The notes: generated by a model from the sequence alone, not told the origin. DNA of 64,000 nt from Planctomycetota bacterium (GCA_030748415.1 JASMMA010000014.1:180-64179); one strand, 5' to 3'; counted from the stretch's first letter, positions 29,462 to 39,352 are shown. A program made the numbers and translations.

Positions 29462-30853
29462 ATGGGAAATACCTTCCCCGCATTTGCAGAGCCCAAGTTA
29501 GGGGATTTGGTCATTAAGATTGCCAAAGCCTGTCAACAGGCGGGTGGGCGAGCCTTTTTGGTTGGCGGGGCTGTCCGGGACTCATTGTTAGGGCTTGCAC
29601 CGCAAGATGCCGACCTTGAGGTTTATGGCCTCCAGCCTGATGTTCTCGAAAAAGTCGTTGCCCCATTTGGCAAGATACATTTTGTGGGCCAGCAGTTTGC
29701 TGTAATTCATCTAGCGACCGGGTTCGGGGACCTGGAGATTTCCCTTCCCCGTCGAGAGTCCAAAACTGGTCCCGGACATAAAGGTTTTTCTATTCAAGCT
29801 GACCCGGAATTGAACCCTGAAGAGGCTTCTGCCCGTCGGGATTTTACGGTTAATTCAATGCTGCAAGATCCCATCACAAACGAGATTGTTGACCCATTCT
29901 CGGGTCAGCGTGATTTGAAGGCTGGCCTTTTGCGACACGTTTCGCCTGCATTTTCAGAGGACCCTCTTCGAGTTCTTCGCGCTGCCCGATTTGTTGCCCG
30001 CTTTGCATGGAAAGTTGCACCTGAAACAGTTTCCCTTTGTTGGGCGCAGGACTTGTCTGAACTTCCCGTGGAACGATTCGAAAAGGAATGGCGCGGTCTT
30101 CTTTTGCGCGGTTCTTTTCCTGGCTTAGGTTTGCAATGTCTTGCGGAGCTTGGCGCACTCCGCTGGTTTCCCGAATTGGAAGCTCTGCGAGGAATCCCCC
30201 AAGACCCTGTATGGCATCCGGAGGGCGATGTGTTTCGCCATACTTGTCTCTGTTTGAATGCAGGGGCTCACATTCGCGATGAAATGGAAGACCCTTGGGT
30301 GGAGATGTTAGGAATCCTGTGTCACGATTTAGGGAAAGCTGAAACTACCAACTTTGAACGCGGCCGTTGGCGATCCCCAAACCATGATGTTGTGGGCGGT
30401 GAGTTGAGCCATGCACTTTTTAAACGATTGAGCCATCAAGAAGGCATTGCCCCGAAAGTTGCCGCGTTGACTCGAGATCATTTGCGCCCAACGCAGTATT
30501 TCTTCGCTCCCAAAGTGGGGGATGGTGCCATAAGGCGACTTGCATTGCGGGTGGACATTTCCGCTCTGATTCGAGTTGCATGGTCAGATGCTGCTGGAAG
30601 AGATTGTTCAAACATGCCCCAGTGGAAGGACTGGGAACCCGGTCGTTGGCTTTTGAATCGCGCCGCCGATTTGGGTGTAAAAGATTCTGCCCCGCAACCG
30701 TTTTTGCTTGGGCGTGACTTACTGGAGCTTGGGCTCCAACCGGGTCCAAAAATTGGAAAAATCCTCAACGAAGCCTTTGAGTTGCAACTGGATGGCAAAC
30801 TTCCTGACCGAGAATCGGCACAAGTGTGGCTTGCAAAGAAATGCGCCCGTTGA
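29462..30853 (+). CDS. cca: CCA tRNA nucleotidyltransferase with HD domain
   Basis: LVGGAVRD, DADL, RRDFTVN, EDPLRVLRAARF, HPEGDV, CHDLGK. Confidence 0.92.
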   Translation: MGNTFPAFAEPKLGDLVIKIAKACQQAGGRAFLVGGAVRDSLLGLAPQDADLEVYGLQPDVLEKVVAPFGKIHFVGQQFAVIHLATGFGDLEISLPRRESKTGPGHKGFSIQADPELNPEEASARRDFTVNSMLQDPITNEIVDPFSGQRDLKAGLLRHVSPAFSEDPLRVLRAARFVARFAWKVAPETVSLCWAQDLSELPVERFEKEWRGLLLRGSFPGLGLQCLAELGALRWFPELEALRGIPQDPVWHPEGDVFRHTCLCLNAGAHIRDEMEDPWVEMLGILCHDLGKAETTNFERGRWRSPNHDVVGGELSHALFKRLSHQEGIAPKVAALTRDHLRPTQYFFAPKVGDGAIRRLALRVDISALIRVAWSDAAGRDCSNMPQWKDWEPGRWLLNRAADLGVKDSAPQPFLLGRDLLELGLQPGPKIGKILNEAFELQLDGKLPDRESAQVWLAKKCAR

Positions 30854-30854
30854 G

Positions 30855-31634
30855 TTATCGGTTTTTAAGCGCCTGAAAGGAAAGTCGGGCAACTATCGAG
30901 CGGGGGAAAAATCGAGTTATCCAAGTCAGGAAAAAGTTGTGCCCACCATGCACAAAACTGATTCGTTTTCCCAGAAGGCGGAAACTTTGCTCCACAACAT
31001 CTTCGGGACTCGCTGTGCCGCCGGCAACAGATCCTTGAACACCGGCAACGCCATGGAATTCAGTATCCGTGTGGCCGGGGGAGACCACAAGAACATCCAC
31101 CCCGTGAGTTCGCATTTCCATGGCAAGGGATTCTCCCAAAAGAAGGTCAAACCCTTTGGTTGCTCCATACACCGACATAGGAGGCGTGGGCAAGTAGGCG
31201 GCAGCGCTTGCAAGGACTACCATTCCGCCGCGTTTTCTTTGGGCCATTGGCGCCAAGAGCAGGCGACTTAATCGAGCTGGAGCTTCACAGTTCAAGCGGA
31301 TCATTTTTGAGATGTTGGAATCTTTTTGATGAAGAAAGGGGGCCAGGTAACCAAAGCCAGCGTTGTTTATGAAGAGTCCAATCTCCAGCCCCTGGGTCTT
31401 CTCTTCCAAAGTGTCCACGGCAGAATCTAAAGTTAAATCTAGGGGAATACAAAGGGTGGAAATGCCATGATTGGACTCTAGTTCTTCAGCTAGTTCTTGA
31501 AGTCGCTCCTCGCGGCGGGCAACCAGCACAAGGTTGAGGCCCATTTTTGCCATAGCCTTTGCATAACTAGCGCCAAGGCCAGCGGAGGCGCCGGTAATCA
31601 AGCCCCACGGACCATACTTTTTTTGGAATCCCAT
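30855..31634 (-). CDS. SDR family oxidoreductase
   Basis: TGASAGLG, NNAG, YGATK, PGHTDT. Confidence 0.93.
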   Translation of the reverse strand: MGFQKKYGPWGLITGASAGLGASYAKAMAKMGLNLVLVARREERLQELAEELESNHGISTLCIPLDLTLDSAVDTLEEKTQGLEIGLFINNAGFGYLAPFLHQKDSNISKMIRLNCEAPARLSRLLLAPMAQRKRGGMVVLASAAAYLPTPPMSVYGATKGFDLLLGESLAMEMRTHGVDVLVVSPGHTDTEFHGVAGVQGSVAGGTASPEDVVEQSFRLLGKRISFVHGGHNFFLTWITRFFPRSIVARLSFQALKNR

Positions 31635-31666
31635 GGAAGAATCATACTCATCCCCATAAAGAGTAA

Positions 31667-31696
31667 GAGCGCCACACCCCCCCAGGCGCAGCGCTC
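31667..31696 (-). terminator. Strong hairpin, probable terminator of the upstream structured RNA
   Basis: Minus strand GAGCGCUGCGCC/GGUGUGGCGCUC 12-bp stem (three G-U pairs) followed by UUACUCUUUAU. Confidence 0.55.
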
Positions 31697-31697
31697 A

Positions 31698-31823
31698 TTT
31701 CCCTCTTCATATCCCCGGAGAACCGGGTGAGCCATCCTCAGGCTCACACCCATGCTTACGAGCAAAAGCACCAAGCGTAGGTGTTTCTTTCAACGGCTTT
31801 TTGACGAGGGACTTGAGGGGAAA
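31698..31823 (-). ncRNA. Candidate structured ncRNA, 6S RNA-like
   Basis: Hand-folded: end-to-end closing stem, purine-rich 5' bubble, 3' bubble hairpin GAGCC/GGCUC, terminal stem ACACCUA/UGGGUGU; shorter than typical 6S RNA. Confidence 0.4.
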
Positions 31824-31853
31824 CTTCCAAAAAAGGGAAAAGCACCCCTCTTA

Positions 31854-32019
31854 GACACTGACCCGATCGGCTGGGTCACTCCCCGGGATAAGTTCATTCA
31901 GGCAAAGGACCTAGAGAAGAAAAAAGCTCACGGGCTAGGCCTATTCCCTTTTTCCTTCCTAAAGCCATATTGAACCAAGACTTGGAAAGAGAGGTGACCC
32001 AGCCGATCGGGTCAGTGTC
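31854..32019. repeat. 166-bp inverted-repeat element (MITE/REPIN-like), copy A
   Basis: Perfect 26-bp TIRs GACACTGACCCGATCGGCTGGGTCAC (28 bp with flanking TA); each TIR is itself a TGACCC/GGGTCA hairpin. Confidence 0.85.
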
Positions 32020-32022
32020 TAG

Positions 32023-33285
32023 TTAGCGGATTAGAAGTGATACGTAGTTGGACATTTCCCGCTCTCTTGGCAGGAAGACCTGGATGTGGAGGCGTTTCCC
32101 TATGAGGTGGGGGTTATAGGGAACCGTAAGGATGACATTCGTTTCGCCATTGGGGCCGAGTCTTCCTCGCCGCCATTGAGCCGAATTGAGGTCCACGTGA
32201 GAGGTTCGAACATCACCCGGCCATAGAGTAGATAGGGGGGTGGGGGATTGGACTAGCGATGCGGCAACCAGAACTGATTGATGGGCCCAACTCTTCAATG
32301 CACGAATTTTGATTTGGGTAGGATTGCCTACGCCAACGGAAGAATCACAATTCACCCAAAGGAACGGGATTTTGCAAAGGTCCCTTGGGTAACCAATAGG
32401 GTTACTGTTTGCTAAACCGTCATCCAAATCCCAGAGCAGGCGCCACGGTGCCGCCCCACCAGGGGGAACCATGATGATGGAGCTGTCCCAGGAGTCAGCA
32501 ACGGCCATGAAGCCATATCGGAGAGGGATGACATCTACTGGGTGCTCTAGCAGGCCACCCCATGCAATTTGGTTCATGGTTCCATCCCTGAACACTCGGA
32601 CTACCCCCATTCGATCCAGACCACCACCAACATTACCAAAACCATCGCTGACCAGGATTGACCCGTCATCATCAATACTTAGGCCTTGAGGTTTTGGGAG
32701 GATATTTATGTCAGTGGCAATAATGCTTCGGTTTCCAAGGCGATCGACTTTGTGAATAAAACCTGGTTGAGAACTTCCACCTAAATAGTTGGGTGGCTCG
32801 GAAACGATAAAGCCCCCGTCGTAGTCCAAGGCGATGCCAACAGAGGGGTCATAGGAGTAGGACGGGGGCGAGAACCACGACACCTGTCCGCTTGGATTAA
32901 TTTTTGCAAGTCCAGCAAAGCCATCTGCAACAATGAGATTGCCTTCAGTATCTCTACAAAACTTAAAGTTATCTTCTAGGGGTTGGATGTTGAGCTGGTA
33001 AGCAGAGTTGTTGGTGAAATCAATGCTCCAGATTCCATTGTTTGGACCCCATTGGCTCTGGTAGTTTGAAACTAGAAGAGAGCCGTCATTGTCAACAAGG
33101 ATGGCATCGGGATATGTGATGGGCGAAGGGAGGGTATATTGATTGGTTGAGCCATCTGGGTGAAGAATGCAAATCTTAGGAGAGGTATATGAATCACTTG
33201 GATCTGCTATCACGATATCTCCAGGAGAGAAGATTGAATTTTGGGGAAGTAGAGGTGCGAAAGAGAGTAGGAGAAGGGTGAACAT
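32023..33285 (-). CDS. Secreted beta-propeller (NHL/SMP-30-like) protein
   Basis: Signal peptide; repeated P-x-G/D-I-x-x-D-x-D-G-x-L/I-I/L-V-S/A-D blades; C-terminal beta-rich domain. Confidence 0.65.
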   Translation of the reverse strand: MFTLLLLSFAPLLPQNSIFSPGDIVIADPSDSYTSPKICILHPDGSTNQYTLPSPITYPDAILVDNDGSLLVSNYQSQWGPNNGIWSIDFTNNSAYQLNIQPLEDNFKFCRDTEGNLIVADGFAGLAKINPSGQVSWFSPPSYSYDPSVGIALDYDGGFIVSEPPNYLGGSSQPGFIHKVDRLGNRSIIATDINILPKPQGLSIDDDGSILVSDGFGNVGGGLDRMGVVRVFRDGTMNQIAWGGLLEHPVDVIPLRYGFMAVADSWDSSIIMVPPGGAAPWRLLWDLDDGLANSNPIGYPRDLCKIPFLWVNCDSSVGVGNPTQIKIRALKSWAHQSVLVAASLVQSPTPLSTLWPGDVRTSHVDLNSAQWRRGRLGPNGETNVILTVPYNPHLIGKRLHIQVFLPREREMSNYVSLLIR

Positions 33286-33412
33286 AGTGAATGGACGGTT
33301 GCAAATACCGTACCACGAAAGGGAAGGCCCGTGTTGGAGGTTAGCGTTTCCTTTTGGTAACGGTAGCCTCTTTAGGGAAGGTAATTTTTCTTCATTTCGT
33401 TAGATTGGAAGG

Positions 33413-35410
33413 GTGCCGGACCGACCCAAAGTCTCCCACTCTTCCTCCACCGATGCCTGCTTAGCAGCCCCATTGATGGAGTTACCGGGCGTGGGCGCCA
33501 AAAGAGTGGCCAGTTTCCAAAATGAGCTTGGAATAACAAATGTGGGAAAATTGTTGCGTCTTCTGCCCAAAGCGTATGCCCAACCTGGGGAAGTTTGCGA
33601 AATCGCCAAACTTTCACAACTTGAAGGGGAAAGGGTCCGTGTTCAGGGTAAGGTCGAAAAATCTTGGGTTCGTGGTTTCGGCCGGAGGGCCGTTGTCTGT
33701 GTTAGGTTAATTTCGGGCGATGCGAACTGCACAATCCCTTGGTTCAATCAGCCCTATTTGCGAAACGCATTTCCCGCAGACCGAGAACTTTGGGTTGAGG
33801 GATTGGTCTCACTCAAGCAAGGGGTTCAACTCCACTCTCCGAAACTTCTGGATGAAAATGATTTCCATAACGAAGAACCTGTCCCTCAATACCAAAAGGT
33901 AGAGGCATTATCTGGTAACTTTATTCGAAGGACCATCCTGCATGCATTGGATTTAGTTGCAGATGTTTCGGACCCCATCCCCGAGAATCTTCGAGCCCTT
34001 GTTTCTGTCCCTGAGTTGAGGGAAGCATTTCGGTTGGTGCACAAACCTTCCAAACTTTCTGAAGTTCATACAGGTCGCCGTCGGCTTGCTTGGGGTGAAG
34101 TGTTAGCCAGAGAAGACCGCCGTTTGCGGAATGTTGGCGGTGCTAGCCAATCGAGAGCCAACGCCGAGTTGGAAGAAACAGTTTGGGAACGCATTCTTGC
34201 TAGGTTTCCGTTTCAACTAACGGAAGATCAAGTAAAAACTTTGCAACTACTCCGAGGTGATTTGGAATCGGGCAACCCCATGCGCCGCCTGCTTCACGGT
34301 GAAGTCGGTTCCGGAAAAACGGCGGTTGCATTTGCGATTTCCCTAGCAGTTGCTGCCAAAGGAAAGGGAGTTGCACTCTTGGCCCCAACTGAAATTCTGG
34401 CACGACAGCATTTGGATACTTTTCGTGTCTGGCTCAAAGGTGCTGAGTTGCCGGTAGTTGGCTTTCTAGGAGACGATGATGCAAAAACTCGGATGGCCGC
34501 TCGCGAACTTATTTTCGATAAGGGCTCTCAGCCTTCCATTGCAATTGGAACGCATGCCCTCCTTTCGGAGTCCGTTCAATTCTCAAACTTGGGACTAGTT
34601 ATTTTTGACGAGCAGCACCGATTTGGAGTTCGTCAAAAGTCAAAGTTGGTATCCAAAGGGGACAACCCTCATGTGCTCACCATGACAGCAACCCCGATTC
34701 CACGAACCTTGGCCTGGTCGCATTATGGAGCTTTGGAACCTTGCGAATTGCGTTCCCGACCTGGGACAAGTGGAGAAATATCAACGAAGGTGCTTAACTT
34801 GAATAAATGGGAATGCTGGGCGGAAGAACACTTGCCCAAATTGGAAAAAGGTGAATCCACTTTTGTTGTGGCTCCTCATATTGAAGGGCCAGATGGGCTT
34901 CTTGCTCTTAAAGACCAGCTCCAAACACAAATATGGCCGGGCATTCAGATGGCCGTCATTCATGGCCGCCTACCCGGCGCTGAAATCCAAAGCCGTGTTG
35001 CCGACTTCCGAGCTGGGCAGGCTCAAGTTCTTTTGGGGACATCTGTTGTTGAGGTGGGGCTGGATATTCCCGCAATACCCTGGATGGCTGTTCTTCAAGC
35101 TCAGCGTTTTGGTTTGGCCAGCCTGCACCAGCTGCGCGGTCGATTGGCCCGAGGACCTCAGGCCGACAAAGGAACTTGCATTCTGTTTGGAGAAGAGAAA
35201 TCCCTCCCACGGCTCCAAAAACTGGAAACTTGCGCCGACGGATTTGCTGTTTCCGAGCTTGACCTTGCCCAAAGAGGGCCAGGCGCCTTTTCGGGAACGC
35301 GGCAGCATGGCAGGAGTGACTTTCAAATCTTCTCACCTGAACTCGACGCAGACCTTGTGGAGGCCCTCCGGCATCCCGAAGTTCGTATCTGGCTCCAAAA
35401 CAAGAACTAG
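33413..35410 (+). CDS. recG: ATP-dependent DNA helicase RecG
   Basis: WFNQPY wedge domain, RLLHGEVGSGKT, APTEILARQH, DEQHRFGV, MTATPIPRT, LHQLRGR. Confidence 0.96.
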   Translation: MPDRPKVSHSSSTDACLAAPLMELPGVGAKRVASFQNELGITNVGKLLRLLPKAYAQPGEVCEIAKLSQLEGERVRVQGKVEKSWVRGFGRRAVVCVRLISGDANCTIPWFNQPYLRNAFPADRELWVEGLVSLKQGVQLHSPKLLDENDFHNEEPVPQYQKVEALSGNFIRRTILHALDLVADVSDPIPENLRALVSVPELREAFRLVHKPSKLSEVHTGRRRLAWGEVLAREDRRLRNVGGASQSRANAELEETVWERILARFPFQLTEDQVKTLQLLRGDLESGNPMRRLLHGEVGSGKTAVAFAISLAVAAKGKGVALLAPTEILARQHLDTFRVWLKGAELPVVGFLGDDDAKTRMAARELIFDKGSQPSIAIGTHALLSESVQFSNLGLVIFDEQHRFGVRQKSKLVSKGDNPHVLTMTATPIPRTLAWSHYGALEPCELRSRPGTSGEISTKVLNLNKWECWAEEHLPKLEKGESTFVVAPHIEGPDGLLALKDQLQTQIWPGIQMAVIHGRLPGAEIQSRVADFRAGQAQVLLGTSVVEVGLDIPAIPWMAVLQAQRFGLASLHQLRGRLARGPQADKGTCILFGEEKSLPRLQKLETCADGFAVSELDLAQRGPGAFSGTRQHGRSDFQIFSPELDADLVEALRHPEVRIWLQNKN

Positions 35411-35422
35411 ACCTCTTCTAGA

Positions 35423-38377
35423 ATGGGCCCCGGCCCTCAGCCCCCTCCTACCTTGCATCTTCTGCTTTCATTCCTCTTCTTTGCCCTTTGCGCAATACCT
35501 GCCTGGGGTCAGATTGAATACCCAGACCCTCTCCCAGAGCCAGCTCCAGTGGAAGAAGCTGAGCAAGAACCTGCTGAGGAAATAGCTCAGCCGGAGCTTG
35601 AGCTCCCCAGCCATTGGGACGGGCACTCAGGCCGTTTGGTTTCTGTGTGGACTGCCTTTGAAGATGAAGAAGTCCACTCTGAAGCGGTTGTACGGAAGTA
35701 CCTCTCCCGGTTGCGGGAGTTTGGGTTAGCGCGTCCTCGTGAAACTGCGCTGCACGCATTAACCTCATTGCATATGCCCACAGTGGAGTTGGGGGCAAGG
35801 CTTCTAGAATCCGTGGGTGAAGCCAATGATGCCCATTTGCTTGTGGATATGGCAGGCTCCATTGGCGACTTGAAGGTTGCGGGTTTTTGTCTGGAGGCTG
35901 CTGCTCGGTTGCAACAGGGTGCCCTTCCTGCTCGTGCCATTCGTTTGCTTTCTCACCCTCGCCGAAGTTTGCGGCCGGGAGTGGAGTCGCGGCTCGCTCG
36001 AAAATCTGACCCATCACACCTACCCGAGCTTCTTCGCCTTCTTGAGTTCGGCCGCGATGCTGATTCTCGCCTTCGCGCAGCCCGACTCATTGCCCCCTTC
36101 GCGAATGAAGAGAAGGCACAAAGCGCCCTGAAGGCTGCCCTGCGAGACTCATCCGTTGCTGTCGCTTTTCAGGCCCTTTCCCATTTGACGGGTATTTCAG
36201 AGTCGGCTCCTTTTGAACCGAACCTTCCCGCGGTTGAGAGCTTGCTAGAAAACTCTGCTGCTGGGCTTGAATTGGGCTACTACCTTTTTGCGCTCCTTGC
36301 TATGCAAAGAGAGACAGAGCAACTTTTGATTGGCCCCGAGCATCTTCCGTTTCTTCGAACAGGGATGGGTAGTGGTGATACCTTTGTTTCTGGAACTGCG
36401 GCGGCTTGTCTTGCCGAATATGAGTTCCGAGGTGGAGCTCACCCTTCCTCCGGAATGGACGATATTGAAATTTTGCATCGATTAATCCGCTCGATTGCCG
36501 GCTCTTCTTTCTACCCTCAGTATTCCAGGTTTGCACGCTTGGGAGAGCGGAGCCTGATTCGTTTTTCTGGTGTTGACCTGAGCAAAGAGGGTCGAGCTTC
36601 TTGGCTAACCTGGTTCGAGCAAAATAATCAGGACTTCAGGGGAGTGCGGTCTGCTATCGCATTAAACCCTTCAAATCTTTCAGCTCTTTCTTTTCGTTGG
36701 GCAACTGGCGGAAAGAGCCGAATGTTTTTAGGAATTGATGCCCCATCCACCGGTCAAAAAGACGATGAGGTCCGCTGGCTCGGCCCCATGGATCTTCGTA
36801 GGCTTTATGAGGCCTTAGATAGGGCGGGCGTTTTTTCTAAAGATGCAGTTCCAGGAGTTCACGGCAATTCTGAGGGGGATCTCCGCTTCAGCCTTGAACT
36901 TCAAGCGGGCCCCCTTCGTAAGCCGATGTCTTTTTATGGGGCTACTCAACCGGCATGGTCGCACAGCCTCCTTTTGGTTTTAGACGATTTGTTCGAGTCC
37001 CTTGAGTGGCAAAAACTTGCTCCCGTGGCCAATGCCCGCGAGTTTATCCTTGAAAGATTGCCTGCCTGGGACGGCGCGACCGAATTGAAGGCTCTTCAAT
37101 TCAAACTGGGAATCACTCGCGACCGTATGGCCTCCACGGATGATGATTTACTCCTTGAATGGTGTGAGCACTTGTCGAATCAAAGTGGAATTGGCGGTTT
37201 ATGGAATCAAGAGCTTGGGCGGGCGTGCTTGTCAGAATTTTCAACTCGACAGCATCATTCCGAGTTGGTGGATTTTCTCATGTGGCTTGCTCTTCACGGA
37301 GCTTCTTCGGACATGCTTCCTGAATTTCTAGGCGCGGTCACTGAGCTTGACGAACCTCTCCGTTCCAAAGTTCTCATGGAAGGGTTATTGGAATTGGGCC
37401 CTGAAGCTTCAAAGACTTCTCTCATGGATGAACGCTTGGTTGTTCGGGTCGCAGGTGCACGAGCATTGGGCCAAGCCGGCGCTGTTGGGCGTGAAGCCCT
37501 TCTGGAAGCCCTTAAAGATTCCAACGCGCTTGTTGTTCGAATGGCAATTCGTAGCCTTGGTGAATTGGGTGACCAAGATGTCGTAGCCAGCCTATTGCCG
37601 TTCGCCGAGCCCTCTCAAATCCGGGCCATTCGGCGTGAGGCAATCCAGGCTTTGGGCGCCCTAGGCGATGCGCGCGCCTTTTCTGCTGTTTCAGCTGCCG
37701 CGCTTCCTGAAGAAGATGCCGGCCTTCGCCTTGATGCGGTAAGAGCCCTTGCTTTGCTTCCAGGCGATGAAGTTGACCAAGCTTTTATCCGCCTCCTTCC
37801 AGAATACGCTGGTGGAATTCTCGAACGAGATTTTTCCATCGCCTTGGAGAAAAGAGGAATATCGAAAGCGATTCTGGTTTACTCGACCCTTTTGGAATCG
37901 CCGGAAGTGGCTTCCAAACGCGTAGCCATTTTGGCTGGTCGCCTAGGCATTCCTAAATCTGCAAGCGTATTGATAGATTTACTGCCCGAGAGTCCTCGCG
38001 ACCCAGAAATTTTGCACGCCTTAGCCAGTTGCACCACAGTTGATTTCCGCAACATGCCTGACCCTGCCGGTGTTTGGGCTGCGTGGTGGTTGGAACATGG
38101 ACAAGAAGAACCATTCGAGTGGCTTTCCCGAACTGCTACCAGCTACGGGTACTCTTTAAAGGCAGTCGAAGATTCCGATGAGCCAACGACGGCACACATT
38201 CAGGCTCTAATCCAGTTGCTACAAGATGGGCCTCGGCATTTACGCGCGCCCACCGCCTACCAGCTTTTCATCATGACCGAACGCAATATGCAGCCGGTTG
38301 GCTGGGAAACCTCCGACGCGGCAATTTCGCGCATTGTTTCGGAGTGGGAGGAGTGGCTATCGAGTCGCAAGGGTTGA
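35423..38377 (+). CDS. Large exported HEAT-repeat protein
   Basis: Signal peptide; HEAT repeats (VRVAGARALG, VVRMAIRSLG, IRREAIQALG); W-x-x-W motifs. Confidence 0.8.
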   Translation: MGPGPQPPPTLHLLLSFLFFALCAIPAWGQIEYPDPLPEPAPVEEAEQEPAEEIAQPELELPSHWDGHSGRLVSVWTAFEDEEVHSEAVVRKYLSRLREFGLARPRETALHALTSLHMPTVELGARLLESVGEANDAHLLVDMAGSIGDLKVAGFCLEAAARLQQGALPARAIRLLSHPRRSLRPGVESRLARKSDPSHLPELLRLLEFGRDADSRLRAARLIAPFANEEKAQSALKAALRDSSVAVAFQALSHLTGISESAPFEPNLPAVESLLENSAAGLELGYYLFALLAMQRETEQLLIGPEHLPFLRTGMGSGDTFVSGTAAACLAEYEFRGGAHPSSGMDDIEILHRLIRSIAGSSFYPQYSRFARLGERSLIRFSGVDLSKEGRASWLTWFEQNNQDFRGVRSAIALNPSNLSALSFRWATGGKSRMFLGIDAPSTGQKDDEVRWLGPMDLRRLYEALDRAGVFSKDAVPGVHGNSEGDLRFSLELQAGPLRKPMSFYGATQPAWSHSLLLVLDDLFESLEWQKLAPVANAREFILERLPAWDGATELKALQFKLGITRDRMASTDDDLLLEWCEHLSNQSGIGGLWNQELGRACLSEFSTRQHHSELVDFLMWLALHGASSDMLPEFLGAVTELDEPLRSKVLMEGLLELGPEASKTSLMDERLVVRVAGARALGQAGAVGREALLEALKDSNALVVRMAIRSLGELGDQDVVASLLPFAEPSQIRAIRREAIQALGALGDARAFSAVSAAALPEEDAGLRLDAVRALALLPGDEVDQAFIRLLPEYAGGILERDFSIALEKRGISKAILVYSTLLESPEVASKRVAILAGRLGIPKSASVLIDLLPESPRDPEILHALASCTTVDFRNMPDPAGVWAAWWLEHGQEEPFEWLSRTATSYGYSLKAVEDSDEPTTAHIQALIQLLQDGPRHLRAPTAYQLFIMTERNMQPVGWETSDAAISRIVSEWEEWLSSRKG

Positions 38378-38925
38378 GGAGTTTTCTTCTTCTGGTTTGT
38401 TTGTTGACCGTGGCTGGAGTTCTGGTTCAGCAAAAATTCGACGGTGTGCTTGCGGTAGAGGAACACGCACGAATTATTGAGGAAGCCACCGAAAAATCAG
38501 GATTGAGAAATCCGTGGCTCCTTTACGGGGTTGTTTATGCAGAAAGCCGTGGCAATGCTGATTCCATATCTTCAGTCGGAGCTATGGGGCTTGGGCAATT
38601 AATGCCTGAGACTGCTCGGGAATTGGCAACGCGCTACTCAGTCGATGGCCCACCCTATTCTCCGAAAGATAACCTCCTTTTGGCAGCCCACTATCTTTCT
38701 GAGTTATTAGCGCAATTTGATGGTGATCAAGATTTGGCTCTTTTGGCCTATCGTCAAGGTCCGGGAAAAGTAAGCAGAAGAATTTTGGAATGTGGGGGGA
38801 TTGAATCCTACAAGGATGCCATTCGAACTCGGAAACCATCCCCTTGGGAATACAGAACTCAGGTCTTAAGGTTTGCCGAGCGATTTGAATCTCGCCAGAA
38901 GTCCAAGAGACCCAGCCAAAAATAA
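38374..38925 (+). CDS. Lytic transglycosylase (SLT domain)
   Basis: AESRG, SSVGAMGLGQLMPETA, ALLAYRQG; N-terminal TM; TTG start overlapping the upstream stop (alternative start 38344). Confidence 0.9.
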   Translation: MRSFLLLVCLLTVAGVLVQQKFDGVLAVEEHARIIEEATEKSGLRNPWLLYGVVYAESRGNADSISSVGAMGLGQLMPETARELATRYSVDGPPYSPKDNLLLAAHYLSELLAQFDGDQDLALLAYRQGPGKVSRRILECGGIESYKDAIRTRKPSPWEYRTQVLRFAERFESRQKSKRPSQK

Positions 38926-38926
38926 A

Positions 38927-39280
38927 ATGCCACTTGCCAAGAAAATTCTCTTTGTTTGCCACGCACAACGCCCGCCTGCGGTTGGAGAATCATGTGGCAG
39001 TCAAGGCGCCGCCGATTTTCTTCAACGGGCGACCGAAACCTTGCAAGCAAAGATGCTTTGGGGACCTCTGCGCGCATTGGCGAGCGGCTGTTTGGGGACA
39101 TGCGATCGCGGACCTTGGGCGGTGGTTTATCCCGACAATATTTGGTACCACGGTTTTACTCCAGATGATGCCGAAGAAATTGTGTCAGAACACTTGGAAA
39201 ACGGCCGACCTGTTGACCGCTTGGTTTTTTCTGAGGGCGAAATGGGAGAGATGCCTCAAAGCGAAGGCTTCGAAGTCTGA
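38927..39280 (+). CDS. Thioredoxin-like (2Fe-2S) ferredoxin
   Basis: FVC..SC..GCLGTCDRGP.AVVYPDNIWY..EHLENG. Confidence 0.92.
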   Translation: MPLAKKILFVCHAQRPPAVGESCGSQGAADFLQRATETLQAKMLWGPLRALASGCLGTCDRGPWAVVYPDNIWYHGFTPDDAEEIVSEHLENGRPVDRLVFSEGEMGEMPQSEGFEV

Positions 39281-39352
39281 GGCGCAAGACTACACTGGGG
39301 TAGTCTTAGAAATTTCCAAGGCATCAAATTACCCTTCAATCAAGGATTCCCA

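Noticed and set aside
31752-31973. 73-aa ORF
   Set aside because: It runs across the structured RNA and the repeat element; no protein-like features.
31852-32021. IS630/Tc1-like MITE with TA target duplication
   Set aside because: Copy A is flanked by TA/TA but copy B by AA/CA, so the duplication is not consistent.
31650-32021. CRISPR array, tRNA or riboswitch controlling the SDR gene
   Set aside because: The repeats are inverted and only two per locus; no cloverleaf or known aptamer motif; the SDR gene has its own TATGAT-N6-ATG.
34851-35585. 244-aa alternative-frame ORF
   Set aside because: Overlaps recG and the HEAT gene; no motifs.
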